DNA from: Phallusia mammillata
Lineage: Eukaryota
Assembly: GCA_965637545.1 (NCBI GenBank)
Contig: OZ281500.1
Span: 3,224,001 to 3,288,000, forward strand
Length of the DNA stretch: 64,000 bases
Direction: 5' to 3'
The position numbers and the translations under genes are program-made. The notes under the pieces are model-generated. The model was given only the letters and a program-made list of their open reading frames with translations, was not told the DNA's origin and ran no database searches. Each line of letters opens with the position of its first letter. The stretch's first letter is position 1. This document shows positions 35,201 through 47,700 of the stretch, one piece after another.

Positions 35201-38200
35201 GGTTGCTTAATTCATTACAGTCTTTATCCATGAGGTATTTTGCGCAGTTATATATAATTAATGTGTATAGTTTAACACATTGTGTTATGCTTGCTTACAG
35301 ATACTGATGATGCTATTGAGGTAAAATATACGTATCTCAAAATATATTATATGAATTATTACGGATGAATGACTTAATGTTTTTATGAAGTTAAATCAGC
35401 TTGAAATAGTTTTTAGAAGAATCGTTCCTAAAAAAAGGGCCTCTCGGGTTAAGAAAATAGTCTATATATTGAATTTTGTGGAACATAAAAATATTGTCAG
35501 CCAAACATTTAGCATAAAATTCATACTTTTTACCCAAACAGTATTATCAGTGTTTTCTCATTCAAACTAACCAACAGAATGAAATTATTTGTAAATATGA
35601 CGATAGTAGATTTATATTTACATAACAGATGTGAAATGGTTAACTGACGTCTGAACTTACTGTTTCATATATTTGCTTCGCTTTGCTGTTTTTATTTATC
35701 ATGAGGTAGCCAACACCTAGTTTATTGAGCACTTCGACATCATTCGGCATTTCTCTGGCCAGGACTGCTAGGGTTTTGAGAGAGGAGCTGAGTTGGCCTA
35801 AAAACAAATTTCTATTTCAAAGGGGTTTATTTCATTCATCAAGCCAACACCACAGTAATACATCTTTTTTAAACAGTTTTTCTACTTGCTATCCAGAAGG
35901 AGTAACAGGGTTGAAACTTACCAAGAAAGGTCTCGCGATCCGATTTTGTCAAAAGAGATTGCTTTTTCAGGGCCTGTGGGCAACCAGGTATTTGGACAAC
36001 CTGGCCAAATTTGCAAAAAAACAGTTTGTTTGGTATTAATATGTTCATTCAGGTTACATAAATAAAATGTGATAACACAGACCGTTGAAGTTTATCATTA
36101 GTATACAATGCAATACACAATATAACTAACACTAGAAGGGTGGCTTAGCACATATTGCCCTTGCATATACACTATAACCTATTTTAAAACATTAATATAT
36201 TTCCTATGTTTATTTTGTATTGGGTCCCATATTAGCCATCGTCTTTTATAACTTTAGTCGTTTTTGCAGGCAAAAACTCATGGGTCCCCACACATGCAAA
36301 GTTGAAAATAATGCAATTCAAGAGATAACCATGCAAAAGTCGGGTGTTGTAAGGTAAAACACAGTGATCGGCACTGGGCTTAAATAATAATACTATGTAG
36401 AATACAAACTATAAAATTAGATTCACCCCAGATATTGTTTGAAGTATGTCCTATTTAACGTTTTAAAAAACTGACCTATTTAGGGGGCTAGTAGGGTAAC
36501 TAATGGGGTTCAACACACAAACTAAAAAATATATAAAAACCGCAATGACTCAATCAATAGTACTGCAAAATTTCAACCCAATCCGCCAATGTTTAAAATT
36601 TCGACCACTAGAGGTGTTTTGAGCAACAACCGTGTTAGGCCTACAGGGTTGAACACAACAATCGACACCTATAAATGGCATACTATACAAGAAATCCAAA
36701 TTTCAGCCAATTCTGACACTGTTCAAAAACTCACCCATTTAGGGGGCTAGCAGGGTAAATACTGGGGTTATCAACAAAAACAAAGTGGGATGCACATCTA
36801 CATGAATATATCTACCATCTGTGTAAATTTCAGCCAAATCCATCAAACATTTGATGGAAAAACGAGTCGGACAAACTTTGGGTAAAAACACCCATTTTAG
36901 GGGGCGAGCGGGGTAAATACTGGGGTTATCAACAAAAACAAAGTGGGATGCACATCTACATAACTATATCTACCATCTGTGTAAATTTCAGCCCAATCCA
37001 TCAAACATTTGATGGAAAAACGAGTCGGACAAACTTCCGGGAAAAAATACCCATTTTAGGGGGCTAGCGGGGTAAATACTGGGGTTATCAACAAAAACAA
37101 AGTGGGATGCACATCTACATACCTATATCTACCATCTGTGTAAATTTCAGCCAAATCCATCAAACATTTGATGGAAAAACGAGTCGGACAAACTTTGGGA
37201 AGAAAAAAAAAGGAAGAAAAACAAAAGAAAAAAACAGAAAAAAAACAAAAACAATTCGAGTAAAATCAATATGTGTCCCCTTCAGGAATACTTAATATTA
37301 TTAAGCTATGAGATAGCAGAATGTAACAAAAAAGTGAAAACAAAATTACCTCTCCATAAGCTTTGATACACTCTTGCAGAACTGAATTACTTTTCAATTG
37401 CTGGGATAAAGCATTGAGAGCCTCGGCCAAACCAAACCTGTAAAACGGTTAACATTTTATGTGACGCTATTTAACATTGCTTCACATGACTCAAGTGTAT
37501 ATAAATGGGTGTAACTGATGTGGCCTTCATATCACTGATAATGGCATGAGCATTTGCCGAAACGTTTGAAATGTAAAGCATGTCACTTTTTCCGTCTATT
37601 TGGGCCGTTATTAACACCGGTTATCATTTACTTTGCAGTTAGAAGCTTGAACTATTGGATGGGCGCAGAAATATAATAGCAAATGAAGTGATATTTCGTA
37701 CCTTGCTCTAGGGCTGCTTGGATTTGACTTGATCAGTTTCCGAAAGTGAAGTTCAGCCTCTTTTGCTTTGCCCTTCTTCAGCAACTTGTCTCCTGATTTT
37801 AGTTCATTCAGGATTGGTTTGTCCTCTTTTGATGTAAAGGGATTTGGCTTTTTCTTCACCTTTTCTGGAGTACAGTATAATATTAGCATTGAGTATTAAA
37901 AAGGTAAAATATAAAATATCCCTAAGTACAGATGCATCCGGTTAATTGCATAGATATAGTAAAACTGTAGTCTCATACTAGTCAAGAAAACTGTTACCTT
38001 AATTGCAAAAAACAAATTGCCATGCTTGTTTGCAAGGACCACAAAGTTTACACGCCCCAACATCAGAAACTGTGTTCAGGGATCACTTATGCGAGCAAGA
38101 GCTTAAGGCAGGGGTGGGCAACCTGCGGCCCTTGATTAAAGGCTGTGCGGCCCGCAGAGACACTTGGACTTCAAATGTACTGGCAAACGAGTGCAATTAT

Positions 38201-38723
38201 CATATATTTTTGAGCAGATTAGTGTGCCTGGTGCTATTTTTCTGCGACCTGACAATATGCAGTGAGAATCAAATGCGAATTTTACTTGTAGTAAGGCATT
38301 TTTGGTATGCAACGAAGTAAAGTCACCTTGTGCCATATAAAGATGCGGCCCGCGATCTAATTATTGCAATTGTATTTGGCCCCACAGTGACAAAGTTGCC
38401 CACCCCTGGTTTAAGGGGTAGCTACAATCCTATTTAGAGACAAATAGTGCTACTGTCAAATGGTAAAATTATGTGGAATAATAAAGAGTTTCCTCTACAT
38501 ATTTATTCTATCAAAATTGCTGAAATGAAAGGCATTTCTTCACCCACAAATCAAATGTATTGATAATTTTAGTCTTGTCTATGATGTAACAAATCGCCTT
38601 TGAGGCATTTTCATGTGTTCCCTGAAACTAACAAGATTAATCGAACATGTTGCTGCAGCAATATCTTGGTAGCAATCCCTTCCAACAAGAAACTGAAGCT
38701 TTATTATTTCTGATATATATGTA

Positions 38724-38772
<49 letters not shown>

Positions 38773-41700
38773 GTTTGTGTGTGTGTAAAGAACAAATACC
38801 TTAGCAGGTCAGATAAAATGACATTGCAGGCCAGAACTGGCTAGCAGACTGCAGTTTTGGTGACCTATACTAATACTTATAAACCTCAAATTGTGCATTT
38901 AAAGTTCTAGTTTCTGCAATTTAAGGTGATTTTGCCAAGTTTTGACTGGTCATTCGTGTTCCAAATATACAGGAGATAAATAACTGCATATTCATAAAAA
39001 GAAAGTATAATTTGATAGTTTTAAAACAAGGTTCTCCTGCACATGGCACCCAGTTCCACCTTTAGACAGCTGAGGACATATCCTAAATAGATAAACTAAA
39101 ACTAACGATCTTGGAGAAATACACTTTTTATTTGCAACATATTTGTTTTTTCAACAAGTTTTGCCTAGAATCTCTCTTTCAAAGATCATTTACACTGTCC
39201 ACAAATTCTCAGTTGCTCTTGCAGCCGACATTGATAACACATACCACCATGCTCATTTCAAAACAAACTTTCAAAAAGCATTTCCCATTTAAAAAAACGT
39301 TTTATAGTGCAAATTATAACAAACGTACAATAAAGAAGAAACATTTCTGACGGACTGAATTGTTGCACTATATAAGTGGTTACTCAGGAAACACAAAGTT
39401 AACAACAAGAATGAGTGCATGGTACAAGAGAATCATTATTAATGTGACAAACACACTAGTACGCAAGTTTTCATTTGCCTCTGAAGTAAATGCATTAGTA
39501 ATCTTTGTGCACACTCGTCCAGCATAATCGGCTACACTCGAAGAAAATTTGGCACATCGGTTGTTGTGAGAAATGGATTTTGGGTTGCGAATAGCTTCAG
39601 CAAGCAATGCTACTATGTTGTCAATTGTGTGCAACAAATCTTTGGCCAAGATGGAAAGATTGTTCAGAATAAAACTGTTGTGAAGTCTGTTTTCCCAGTC
39701 GTGCTCATTAGATGAAGAGGCTGACTTACTTGGCGGGATGTAGATTCTTTTTGGTTTACGACATAAGACTTTGATTGGAAGTGTTTTTCGCACAGGTATT
39801 TTCCGCTTTGGTTTGTTAATAGCTTTGTTCACAATCGGCATTGCTTTTGCAGCTTGTCGCATTTTTGCCTTCTTGATAGCTTTAGTCACAGTTGGCATAG
39901 CTTTCTGGGCCTGTCGCATTGTTGACTTTTTTATCACCTTTGCATTCAGTTTATTGGCAGGTGCTGTTTGGCTTGCCAACTTTTTTGTGGTTGCATGTAG
40001 TTTTTCATGAAGCACTTCCTCTGAAATCTTGGCATTACCGCCAGACTTGGTACTAGCTTGTAGGTTATTATCGTTTGGAGCAGAAGATTGATAGCCGCTT
40101 TGAGGAAGGGGTTGATTTGTTGCACCAAACTTAACAGACTTCACTGCTCGTTGGACAACATGATTTTGTACAGGTCTTGATATGAAAGTTTGCTTTCTCA
40201 AAGATTTTATAATTCTTGGCGATGGTTCTGTTCTAACACAATTTCTGACATTTACAGCAGTAAAAGGCACAATTTTAACAGGATTAACAGGAGGAAGCAG
40301 AAAACAATTCTTGATTTCCAAAAAATATGTACCAATCTTTAGAAGTTTTCTGTCATTCGAAAGAGGGGTTACATTTCGGACAATCCATGTGATAATATTT
40401 TTCTGTTCAGGTTTATTAATTGCAGTTTGTTTAGCAACCACTTTGGACTTATTGGTAACTGAAACTGAGTGCAATCTTTTGTCCACAGTAACTTTGGCAG
40501 CTAGACGGTTGTCATATTTTTGTGCATTCTCTACTTGAATATTTTCCCAATTTATGTTCTTCAGATGATGGTTATCATTTTCATCATGTTGCAGTTTGTC
40601 AGAAAGTGCTTGCTTGACATGCAGGGTATGCTGGTTAAGTTTATTAGGAGTTGGAGGCATTGGCACATCACGCAACTTGCGAGGAAATCCCACCACAGCC
40701 ACACTGTTTAGAAACGAGACAGACAAATTTCCTTTAGAAGGATACAAGAGAGGCTTCTTGCTTTTCAACCACTCGTCACTGGGCAGTGCTTGGTTTAATC
40801 TAACTGGTAATAATGAGAGAAGGGAAAGGAAAAAGGAAAAGGGGTGGAAAAAAGAAAAAGAGTTAGTAGTAACGGAGAGAAATATTTTAATGAAAAGCAA
40901 TAGAAAGTTTTTGCAATTGTACAAATAACCAATATTTGTTTGAATTTTGCTAACAGAAAAAATCACCACAACATATTTTCAACATTTTAAAAATACAGGC
41001 CTGATACAATTTCTATCTACATGCAACAGCTGCTAAGTTCTGGAGCTACTCATAAACATTGTATTAGCAGAAAGTGTTGGTCAAATTATGCAGTGGTCAT
41101 TACATTTCCTGAATTGTGACAACTTGGAACCAGATTAGCAACTAAAGAAAGTTGCTTGACCCACCTTTTTTGTTTTCCTGTGTTTTTTTCTCTGTTTCCT
41201 TTTCTATGGGTTCCACCTTCTACAAAGTGCAAAGAAATTGATTACTTCACATTGCACATTTAAATATAACTAGAAGAGTGGCTTTCTGATATACTTCCAT
41301 TTTATATATTCTATACGATATTTACCAATTTACTATACACATCATTTGATCTACACATATGAGTGTTTTTGTAAACAAAAACTAATGGGTCCCCACCTGC
41401 ATGTTTGTGCGGATTTACGGTAAACAAATGTTGCGGTGATTTTTAGATTCTTGAAGACAAATATTTAGAAAGCATTAACCCAACAATAAAAAAAAGTTGT
41501 TTGTATTCTTTTTGCACTTTTATTGTCATGTAATTACAAAAACACTAAAAAAACGTAACGAATACTTTAATTTAATCTCTTGCTTTGACCCAGATATTGT
41601 CGTCCAAGGTCGGGTTTCAAACAAAATTTTTTTTAGAAAGCTGTAACAGTTGTGTTACAGACACTTTAAATTAAATAGCAATTTGCTACAAGTGTGTACA

Positions 41701-44700
41701 TAACAAATTGTTTTTCATTTAACTTTGTTTCGCAAAACGAGTACCATTGACCTGTAGTAACCTCTCAGGGTGCACACGCCAAATGAATGTTTGACCTTTT
41801 GATACCGTTTTCATTAGCACGCCGTCCTTAGTGTTCTACAATACCGTTAAGCCTAATTTATACATGCCTTGAGTATTGATTCCTAAATTGATTGTCAAAA
41901 AACGCTACGTTATGACGAAAGAAAGTTCTGAACTGTGTTTGTAATACCTACTAGTTGACCTTAAGTAACCCGTGATCATGCGGCGACCAACCTGACAACG
42001 AGCATTCAAAAAACATTTATTTTGCAAAAAAGTCAAGTTTATTTTTTTCATCTTTATTTTGATTAACAAAGTTTTGCTTGACATGTACAAAACCAAAGCA
42101 CGCTTATTAGGTTTAAATCACGTCATAGGTGTAAAACCTTCGCCAAAACTAAAAATGTGAGTGATAACTTAATAAAACGACATAGCATTGCTGTGCACAA
42201 CAGCTGATTTCTTATCACCGAAACGACGTATCGTAAAATGTCTGTTCGACGTCAAGCTGAGCCCTCCCGCTATCGTAAACCAGTAAGTTCCTCTATTGAT
42301 ACTTCTGCCTACAGTGTCTTTCTTGACCAAACGAGCGTTAGACACATTTACGTTTTGGGGGCCTGTGGGTGAACCGCTGGGTCATTCGAGGTCAAACTTC
42401 TAGAGGATCAAGTTCAGATTGGTAACTAACATATGTCCAAATTTGAATAAATTTGAAGCACTTTTTCTTTACCAACGAGCGTTACAAACCAGCGTTAAAA
42501 AATTTGCATTTCGGGGGCCTGTGGGTAAACCGCTGGGTAATTCGTGGTCAAACTTCTGGAGGATGAAGTTTGGATTAATATCTAACATATGTCTAAATTT
42601 GAGGCACTCTTTCTTTACCAAACAAGCGTTACAAACCAGCATTGAAAATTTTACGTTTTGGGGGGCCTGTGGGTGAACCGCTGGGTAATTTGGGGTCAAA
42701 CTTCTGGAGGATCAAGTTTGGATTAATAACTAACATATGTCCAAATTTGAATAAATTAGAAGCACTCTTTTTTTACCAAACGAACGTTACAAACCAGCAT
42801 TGAAAATTTTACGTTTCGGGGCCTGTGGGTGAACCGCTGGGTAATTTGGGGTCAAACTTCTGGAGGATCAAGTTTGGATTAATAACTAACATATGTCCAA
42901 ATTTGAATAAATTAGAAGCACTCTTTCTTTACCAAACCAGCGTTAGACAGAAAAAAGAAAAAAAGAAGACAAAAAATACGGACAAAAACAATATGTATCC
43001 CCTTCAGGGAAGGGGACCCATAATTAATAGACCATCAGCAATTGTATTTGCTACCATTAGAAATTTACTGAGAACAACAATTCAGATACCATATTAGGCA
43101 TAAACAGACAAAGGTATCAAAGCTAAAAAAACAAACATACATAGATTTAAAGTAAACTTACTTTTTTGTCAGGTTCTTTAACAGAGTCGTGACTTATTGG
43201 CTCTTTGGCCTTTTCTTTATTTAAACCAGGCTGTAAAAAATAAACACTTAGTCAAATCTGCTATTTTAATGATTGCTTTCCCAGTTCATGTTAAGCATTG
43301 AGTTTAAATTTGTTTACTAGCATGTTTTGTTGCAAAATTTTCCAAATTGTAAATAAATATAGGTATCCTTGTTGCTGCAATTACCTTCTCATTTTCTTTT
43401 GCTTGGGGAGGATTTTCTGGATCAGAATCTGTGGAAAACATATCATTGATAAAACCAAGGCTGTTGCTGGTCAGCCAATCAGCAGTTTAATTCTTGACAT
43501 TAAATAGCATTAACTGTGTTGAACAGAAAGAAAATACTGTATTGTCAGTTGCATCTTGTGACTAGTACATAGGCAGTGAAGAAAATGTTTGTGAGAAGAA
43601 TTTAATTACAAGCTAACTCTGTTAACAAAAGCATTGTATATACAAGTTATATTTCGTTTGCTTTTTAAAGCAAAGTCGCCCTGTGCAAACCAGAGCACTT
43701 ACAAGACAGAACAATTAGAAAGTCAATGTACTGCACATGTACTAGCTGAGGCCACATTAAGTCAGTAATAGGTGTAACACATCTCTTCACCATCAGTCAA
43801 ATACTGGTATCACTTTAAATAAGCATATTGCAGTGTTGTGCATATTTTGTTTACATTGAATGCTATCTTTACCCGATAAACTGGACCTAATAACTAGTAC
43901 AAAACCTTACACCAAAAATAACCGAAGCCTTTTGCACTATTTGACAAACAAAAAAACTACATACTACAGCATTTGTAAACCTACTAACCTGGTACAGCTT
44001 TAGAACTTCTAGTCTCAACCGGTCCCATCTCTTTCCAACCTGCAAAAAATACAATTGTGACGTTCACAGTAAAAAATAATTGCCCCAAAGTGAATTTCAA
44101 TGTAGATAAAACAACATCTTTCTTTCAACCTCGGCAAAAATGTTTTTTTTTAGGTTTCAATTTCCTACAGATTGTCAAATAACTTAAACGTAACAAAGCC
44201 ATGGACAACATTTAACTGTAGCAAATAGCAAACCTAAAGTGATAAGTGTCAGAATAAAGTGGTCATACTTAAGTATCTGGTATAAGGTGAAACACGAGCA
44301 ATTGGTCTTCGTTTGTCAATGTAGTAAAGTTTGTCTGATATGAAAATGGAAAGAAGAAATGGAGTGAAAGGTTTAGAGTAAAACAATTACATTTTTGCAA
44401 AATGTAACCTTGAGTTTTAAAAAGTCCAGTTAGAAAATCATCGATGTATATAAGCATGCTGGCAAGCAAACGAAAAGGATGGAAGAAGCCTTGATATTGT
44501 AAAGGGTTGAGAATGGAAAGACAAGAAGTGACTTCAGAAGATGAAATAGTAGAGCTGCGGACTTTAGTAAGACAAAGTCACTTGGTTTGAAATTTACCAC
44601 ACGGTACATAATGTAAGCAACATTTTGTTAAAGTTCACACCTTGTGAAACGATAGATACTCGCTTGTGGTAATTTAAAACTGACGCAATTTGAGAAGCTA

Positions 44701-47700
44701 CATGTAAAACCACAAGAGAAAGTAACACACAGGAGTGAATTTTTAACTGCTACAAAGGAATGTGATAGCCATGCGCAATGTGAAAAAACCTACAAAACCT
44801 ACCCATTACAGCTTTGTAGTCCACAATTCCAAAATATGCAGTAGCAGCAATTCCCCATGTAAGAGCCACCATTACAATCAGGAGAATCAAAGTAAAGTTT
44901 GATGTTGATTTGACTGGCATGGAAGCCTACAATCAACATTACTTTATTAGTGCATACACATTCAATTAGGATGTATGAGTAAAAACAAGCGGTTAAAAAT
45001 AATAAACATCTTTATTTGTGTTTAATAGTGGGGGATCAGTAAGTTTAAAATTATATAGGTAATATTTTAAAGTTTCAACTTATAAGGTCTCATCAGTGCA
45101 GCTGGTGACGAGAGACCGGCCGCATTGGCTAGTGTAGCCATCAAACGGCACTCCAGTTTGTGGCGAGCAACAGGGTACAACCCCATACATCACCCAGTCT
45201 GTGCGATGCCACAACTGGGCATACAGCACAGATGAAACTGGCTCACAGTGGCCAAGCAACTGCTTGGGAACCACAGTGAAGTCGGCTTAGTGTCACAGTA
45301 TCAATGTAAAAGCATATGAGCCAATAAATGATAAGCATGTATGGCAGGGGTGGGCAAACTTTTCAGTGCAAGGGCCGCATTCAAAAGTTCTAAATCTTAT
45401 CGGGCCGCATAGTATTTCACCAACGGCCGCCAATTGCTTGCTTGTTTTTGTTTTAAAATAACTGGTGTAAAGAATTAGGTTTATATTATATATATACCAT
45501 TTAAAGCCACCTAAAATGCTTAGATTAATAGTTTCTAACATGGTGCATAAGTTTAGCTAAACGAAGCTGATTGTTTATGACATCATAATCTGTATTGTGA
45601 CGATTACTGTGCCTGTTTTTTCGGATTCTTGCACACAATAAGCGGATAAACAGGCACCGCATATAGTTAATAGGCTGGTAATCTTTTTTCCAGTCACACG
45701 AAATCTGTTTTTAGCAGTTTAAAATAGTTGGCAAAATAGTTTTAGATACGTCACGGCCTCCAGTGCATGTATTTTAATAAACATGGTCACAGCCGCACAA
45801 ACCCGTCTCCGCGGCCGCATGTGGTCGTACACGCCTGATTTAGCCCAAAATATTAACATAGCATATTTTCAGCTATAAACATAAATTTGTTGTCACTTGA
45901 TTGGACAAACATTGGTTGAAACGCTACAATTGTAATTGTTTCAAAATAAACAAGCACGTTGTTTTGTTAATAAATTCCTTGCGCCAACATTAAACAATGC
46001 GAGCCGCATTTAGTATCCATCTTTAGGTGTTGTGCGGGTCTGTGTAAACGATTCTGAAGCTATTTTTTGTCTGTTTCCAAAGTACTGCAAAGACGTAAAC
46101 TTGATCCAAAGTGACCAAAGTTTTCGCGTCAACAGTGCAAAGTGGGCTGTATTTAAACACGTGAATCGCTTTCACTTTTATCGAACGAAGAAATTATGTC
46201 AAGTGACGATTTGTATAAGAACGTGGCAGAAACAACAGGCTAAAGCACGAAAAAAGTATCTGTGTTTAGTTCCAAAGTATGGTACGGTTACAGATACTGC
46301 ACATGGTATAGGTATCGGCAAGTCGCACCCGCGGTATTTATTTTTATTTTTTAAAACTGTACGCCTGTGCTTATAATAACTTACTATTCAGCGTTGCTCG
46401 GTAACTATCTTTTTAAAATTTACTAACATTTGGCGGGCCGCATGAACTCCTTTGCCGGGCCGCATGCGGCCCGCGGGCCGTAGTTTGCCCACCCCTGATG
46501 TATGGGGTTGTACCCTGTTGCTCACCACAAACTGGAGTGCCGTTTGATGGCTACACTAGCCAATGCGGCCGATCTCTCGTCACCAGCTGCACTGATGAGA
46601 CCTTATAGGTTGAAACAGTGTGCACTGTCTGCAGCTTAATATTTTAAAAATATTGATAATAAATTGTTGGTATAACATAGATCAAAAATCATACCTGTGT
46701 ATCTTTAGCCGCTTTTCCATTGCTCTCAAATTCATCTAAAAAACAAAGAAAGAAAAATTAAAACTCCTTGTGAGAAACAAAAAATTCAAAAAAAACTTTA
46801 AAATAAAAACCTAAAACTCCTACTGATAAGAAAATGTCAAAAAATGCCTTAATTCTTACCCAACAAGGCATCTTGTTCAGTCATATTGTGCTTTGAGCCT
46901 CTACTGCGAAGGTCACCATGACCCAACACACTGTTTTCACATCTGCTTTCCATTTTCTAACCACATTCTGCCATAGGGGCTGCTTAAGACATAGTCACAG
47001 ACATAACTATACTGATAACTGCATTGCAAGTGGTTAAGTGTCATGACTAAGTATAGATCAGGGGGGAGAAAAAGGTAAAGGCGCTAATGGCTGTTTGATT
47101 GACTGTGACAACGATTACCGCAATTGGAGTGTCTGCATTTATCATCTGCCATATATCAGTGTAGTTACCTAAAGTTAAATGTTTAAGCATGTTTTAAATC
47201 TTAACTGTTTTTATGATTGTCTGATTAAACTAATTCCTATAAAATGGTTCAAAATGTTATATATTTTGTCTTATCTATCTCTCAAAGCTGTATTTAGCTT
47301 ATTGACCTAAACAAGGTTTGCGTTACAAATATCAAAAATTACTGCTATAAACTTAATGAATGAGGTAACATGAAAGTAGTTGTTACATTTTGCAGCAGAA
47401 TTCATTCATACCATTTTAAACAATACAAATTTGTGATTGGCTGATAGTGGCAGTTACGTTTATCAACATAGATTGTGACACAATCATGGAAGATATTTGG
47501 CTAGGATGAATAACAACATGGTATTTAGTAGTGTTTATATGTTATTGGTATACAATCTTGTCCCAGTCTGCAGAGTGTTGCAGCTGCACACGGATTTAAA
47601 GAAAAACTTTTTGCAGTACAATTTTTTGGGTTGCATGTGCAAATTTAGTACCAAAGGCATTTAATTGTACTGCCTTGACCTTATTTTACTTGCTTTGCGT

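Noticed and set aside
39771-40928. Plus-strand ORFs over 39771-40928 and 58932-60189
   Set aside because: They are antisense shadows of the long low-complexity minus-strand exons.
36734-42945. Regular repeats considered as CRISPR-like arrays
   Set aside because: The units are contiguous ~155-bp tandem copies without unique spacers, in a eukaryotic intron, with no cas genes.
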